Part shown: one piece after another, positions 61,001 to 64,000 of the stretch
Layout of the letters: each line of letters opens with the position of its first letter
Numbering within the stretch: the stretch's first letter is position 1
Origin: Oopsacas minuta
Lineage: Eukaryota > Animalia > Porifera
Reading direction: 5' to 3'
Assembly: GCA_024704765.1 (NCBI GenBank)
Contig: JAKMXF010000188.1
Coordinates: forward strand, 186,001 to 250,000
Length of the DNA: 64,000 bases
Made by a program: the position numbers and the translations under genes
Notes under the pieces: generated by a model
The model's input: the letters and a program-made list of their open reading frames with translations, nothing else
Databases searched by the model: none
What the model was told of the DNA's origin: nothing

Positions 61001-62554
61001 CACGCGCTGAGTTACATGCGAACACAGAGTATTCGTAAGCCGCGCAGCGCGAGCAAGCGAAGCAGCTCGTGATTAATTTATTATTAACTACTCTTCTCCA
61101 ACAGTTATGATACTGATAAAGCTAAGAGAGACCGTGTTAAGACTCTCTTACACACGAGAGTACCTCCTCTCCCTCACGGTACTACTCATAGGGATATTGA
61201 ATCCAAGATAAGAGATATAATGCACAGACATAACTACCAGCCTCCAGTAGATAGAACACATACACAACCTCTTCCCCTACTCATCAAGAACCGTCCTCGT
61301 ATTAAAGTGTCCAAACTCAAACTTAAGCCTGCCTTGAAGAAGACAAAGATATCTAAGACAAGTCATACCCACCCACTCTCACGCCACGCCCCCTCTCCTG
61401 ATGACCTATCCTTCTCCCCCAGTCTTCTAATCACATGCTCTCCTCCTTGCTTCTTTATCCTGATTAAACAGCTGTTCTATCACTCCCCACATCTCAAGCT
61501 AACCCTGGAGAGACTGGAGAAGGAGGTGACCCTCTGGATAGAAAGACAGTTGTCAGACTCTGCTAGTGATTGGGTAGATGAGAGGGATGACTGGTCAGAT
61601 CTGTCTCAATCAGCTGTTTGCTATCTAGCTATCGAGACAGGAGCTTACAGTGTAATGCACACACCAGCTGGTTTCTATCCTCTGATGGAGCTGAAGGACA
61701 GAACAGGACAATGGGAGTGGATAGGACAGGGGAGAGATCAAGATAACAGACTGATAATATGGTGTAGAGGTTGGTTTAATAACATGGATAAGTCACGTGA
61801 TTCTGTGCTAGACTACTCTTACAAGCCTCCACGCTCTCCTATATACTCATCTGTTAATCCTGTCTCTATCCCTACCCCTCAAGATGTGGTCCTATCTTTC
61901 AGACAACAGGAGACCTTACGTTACCAGAACCCTCACAGATCCTACACATACAGTCTCAATAATAATCGGTGTGTAGTAGCACCTGTGAAGGGAGTAGTTT
62001 CTAGAGAGAGGGCCGGGTTCAAGGTACGAGAACACACCCTCCTGGATTCATCCCGTCCCCCCTGCGTTACCATACTCACTCTGGTACGTGACGCTGTAGC
62101 TCGCCTGGAGAACGGAGAAGGTACCCGACAAGACATCTGTCAGCTGGTACAAGACTCCCAATACATTAACAGCTCTGCTTCTGAGTCTCATATCAACGCT
62201 GCAGTCAGTGGGGCTCTTGATAGACTGCATTATGAGAAAGATCCTTGTGTTAGGTTCGAGAACTCTCTCAAGTTATGGGTGTATCTACACAGATATAGGA
62301 CAGAACAGCTGTTCAATGAGATACACCATCTGCAGATTGTAGCTATTAATGTACGGAAGAAGTTACTCAATCAGCTGGAGAAGGATCGAAATACGAAACA
62401 AACACCAGTCATCATCCGATTCTCTCCTATTAATGATCAGGAGGACATGTCTTCACACCCTGAGGACCCCAGCAGCAGAGTATCCTCCCATTCTGATGTA
62501 TCTACTGATGACGTAACATCTCCTGGAGCTGTATCTGATACTGACTCTGATTAG
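58045..62554 (+). CDS. NFRKB: NFRKB (INO80G); join(58045..58514,61105..62554), about 639 aa
   Basis: Exon 1 encodes DEUBAD (LLDS.EIW..VLS..TW..LLSDSEREQL..LLP...LFG...FRFG). GTGAGT donor at 58515 and CTCTTCTCCAACAG acceptor (61104), phase 2, frame-consistent. Exon 2 has winged-helix motifs VRDAVARL.NGEGTR, VSGALDRLHYEKDPCV and LWVYLHR. Confidence 0.92.
59989..60734 (+). repeat. Minisatellite, about 10-bp unit CAGTTTC(GCA/CCG/CAG/TAG/CCA), in the NFRKB intron
   Basis: About 75 tandem units, a few of them 8 bp; abuts a Helitron-like repeat segment on its left. Confidence 0.95.
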
Positions 62555-63495
62555 ACTATTTTTTGTTGTATAAAGTACAGATCTGTTATCAGACCCAGAA
62601 TATTCACAACTAATTAATAATGAGGTAAATATAAAGATACATTTGTATATGATGACTACATAAGGGACTGACAATAAAGAGCCGTTAGATAGCACCGTAG
62701 TAGTTAGCCGCGATGTATACGGATTCATTCATGGAAATTTGGCAGTCTTACTGTGATAAGATTGTCGCTACTCCCTAGCTATCAAAACGTTGCATGCTAG
62801 GCAAACCCGGTGTAGCAGCCCAGATTATACCTTCGGGTATGGAGTGGGCTAGCTCAGAATACACAGGGTTTAATCTGGGCTAAGACAGATTATACACCCT
62901 GCCTTTATTATGTCATATGCTAAAGTGTTGGCGTCTGGTGTCATCTATGTATTCATAAAGCACACCATACATGATGTAAATTGTTGCATGCAACAAGGTA
63001 ATATACATGGTGCAACAATGTTATGTTGCGTTTTCATGCAACAATTGTATGGTTGGCTTTATGAATGCATAGAGGACACCAGACGCCCACACTTTTGCGC
63101 ATGAAGTAATAAAAGCAGGGATTATAATCTGTCCAAGTACAGAATATATCTGGGGTTAATTTAGGCTAGCCCAGTTTATGTTTATCCCTGGGGACAACAG
63201 TAGGGGTCCACAGAATGTGTTAACATTAGTATAGCTATATAAGTGATACGCTGGTAAGGTCGGGAATCGCTCCACTAACGCTTTTTAATAGAAAATCTAC
63301 ATATATCCAAAACAAATGAAGAATCGTCCTTAAAAATGGTGGTATCAGACTTATAGGAATATTGCCATAAGAGAAATACAAATAGGCTATAATATTCTAT
63401 ACGAATTCCTTGGGTGAGATCGTCATAGTTCCGTTACTGTTTCACTATTCATATTTGTGTATTGTAAAATTAATCAATTTCTTATTCCGTTAGTG

Positions 63496-64000
63496 ATGGC
63501 AGAACATAACACAGAGTATTCATCTCCTCTCTACCTACCCCATCACCCTACCTCCTCAGTCCTTAACAGAGGACTAGTAGAGCTACTACACGACAGAGAC
63601 ACGGTTACTATATGGGAGGTAATTGACTCACTACTCACATCTATGACATTACCTCCATCAGATATATTAGAGTATATAGCTATATATAGAGATTCTATTA
63701 GTACTGTTTATATACCTCCTGATGAACTTACTATCAACTTCCATCTGGTCAGGAAATACGGGTTAATGCTACCACAGCTGTATCCTGACGGTGTAATATT
63801 TCGCGATCAGAAGACAATCTCGTTAACTATTCTACAAATAAAATGTCTCCTCTGTCACATGGTATTAGGCTCTCTACCGAAACAATTCGAATGGAAGGAG
63901 ACCAGTAGAGCTAGTGTATATTACAGACATGTTCTATTCTACTATCTATCACTTGACAATGACACAAATGACAGATGTGTGACATGTACTCACCACACAA
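63496..64000 (+). CDS. 5' part of an ORF running off the window; tentative PARG-like (poly(ADP-ribose) glycohydrolase catalytic domain)
   Basis: ATG 63496 starts 168 stop-free codons, missed by the track because there is no stop. LMLPQLYPDG...ISLTILQIKCLLCHMVLGSLP resembles the PARG 'L.LP.L.P....L...QIA.LLA..F' segment. The diagnostic GGG/QEE motifs would lie beyond the window. Confidence 0.55.
   Translation, partial: MAEHNTEYSSPLYLPHHPTSSVLNRGLVELLHDRDTVTIWEVIDSLLTSMTLPPSDILEYIAIYRDSISTVYIPPDELTINFHLVRKYGLMLPQLYPDGVIFRDQKTISLTILQIKCLLCHMVLGSLPKQFEWKETSRASVYYRHVLFYYLSLDNDTNDRCVTCTHHT

Overview
AT-rich eukaryotic (animal) genomic DNA with GT-AG introns and the standard genetic code. I found no rRNA, tRNA or CRISPR features. 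The compact, intron-poor housekeeping genes and decaying coiled-coil/NHL genes resemble a glass sponge (Hexactinellida, e.g. Oopsacas-like); that assignment is inference only. Plus-strand genes: COLGALT, a TALPID3-like Pro/Ser-rich protein, TASP1 (2 exons), a 4-exon PH/FERM-like gene, a bacterial-type SDR (2 exons), CPSF4, RBBP6-like, a bacterial/fungal-type Cys phosphatase, NTMT1, HMCES, NFRKB (2 exons) and a 3'-truncated PARG-like ORF missing from the ORF track. Minus-strand genes: an ML/NPC2-like lipid-binding protein and a 6-exon VWA7-like gene with two 1-nt frameshifts. There are also two NHL pseudogenes. Mobile DNA is dense: a deleted Chapaev3-like element, a defective maT (DD37D), an intact DD37E Tc1/mariner-type element, hAT and Tc1/pogo MITEs, Helitron-like non-autonomous repeats, and Ginger2, Ulp1-PHD and MULE remnants. 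Two minisatellites (13-bp and 10-bp units) are present. The most striking window-wide pattern is a 3' splice acceptor a few bases upstream of almost every ATG, together with tightly packed same-strand gene pairs (CPSF4-RBBP6, HMCES-NFRKB). This points to 5'UTR introns and/or spliced-leader trans-splicing with operon-like units. All homology calls are by eye and need database confirmation.
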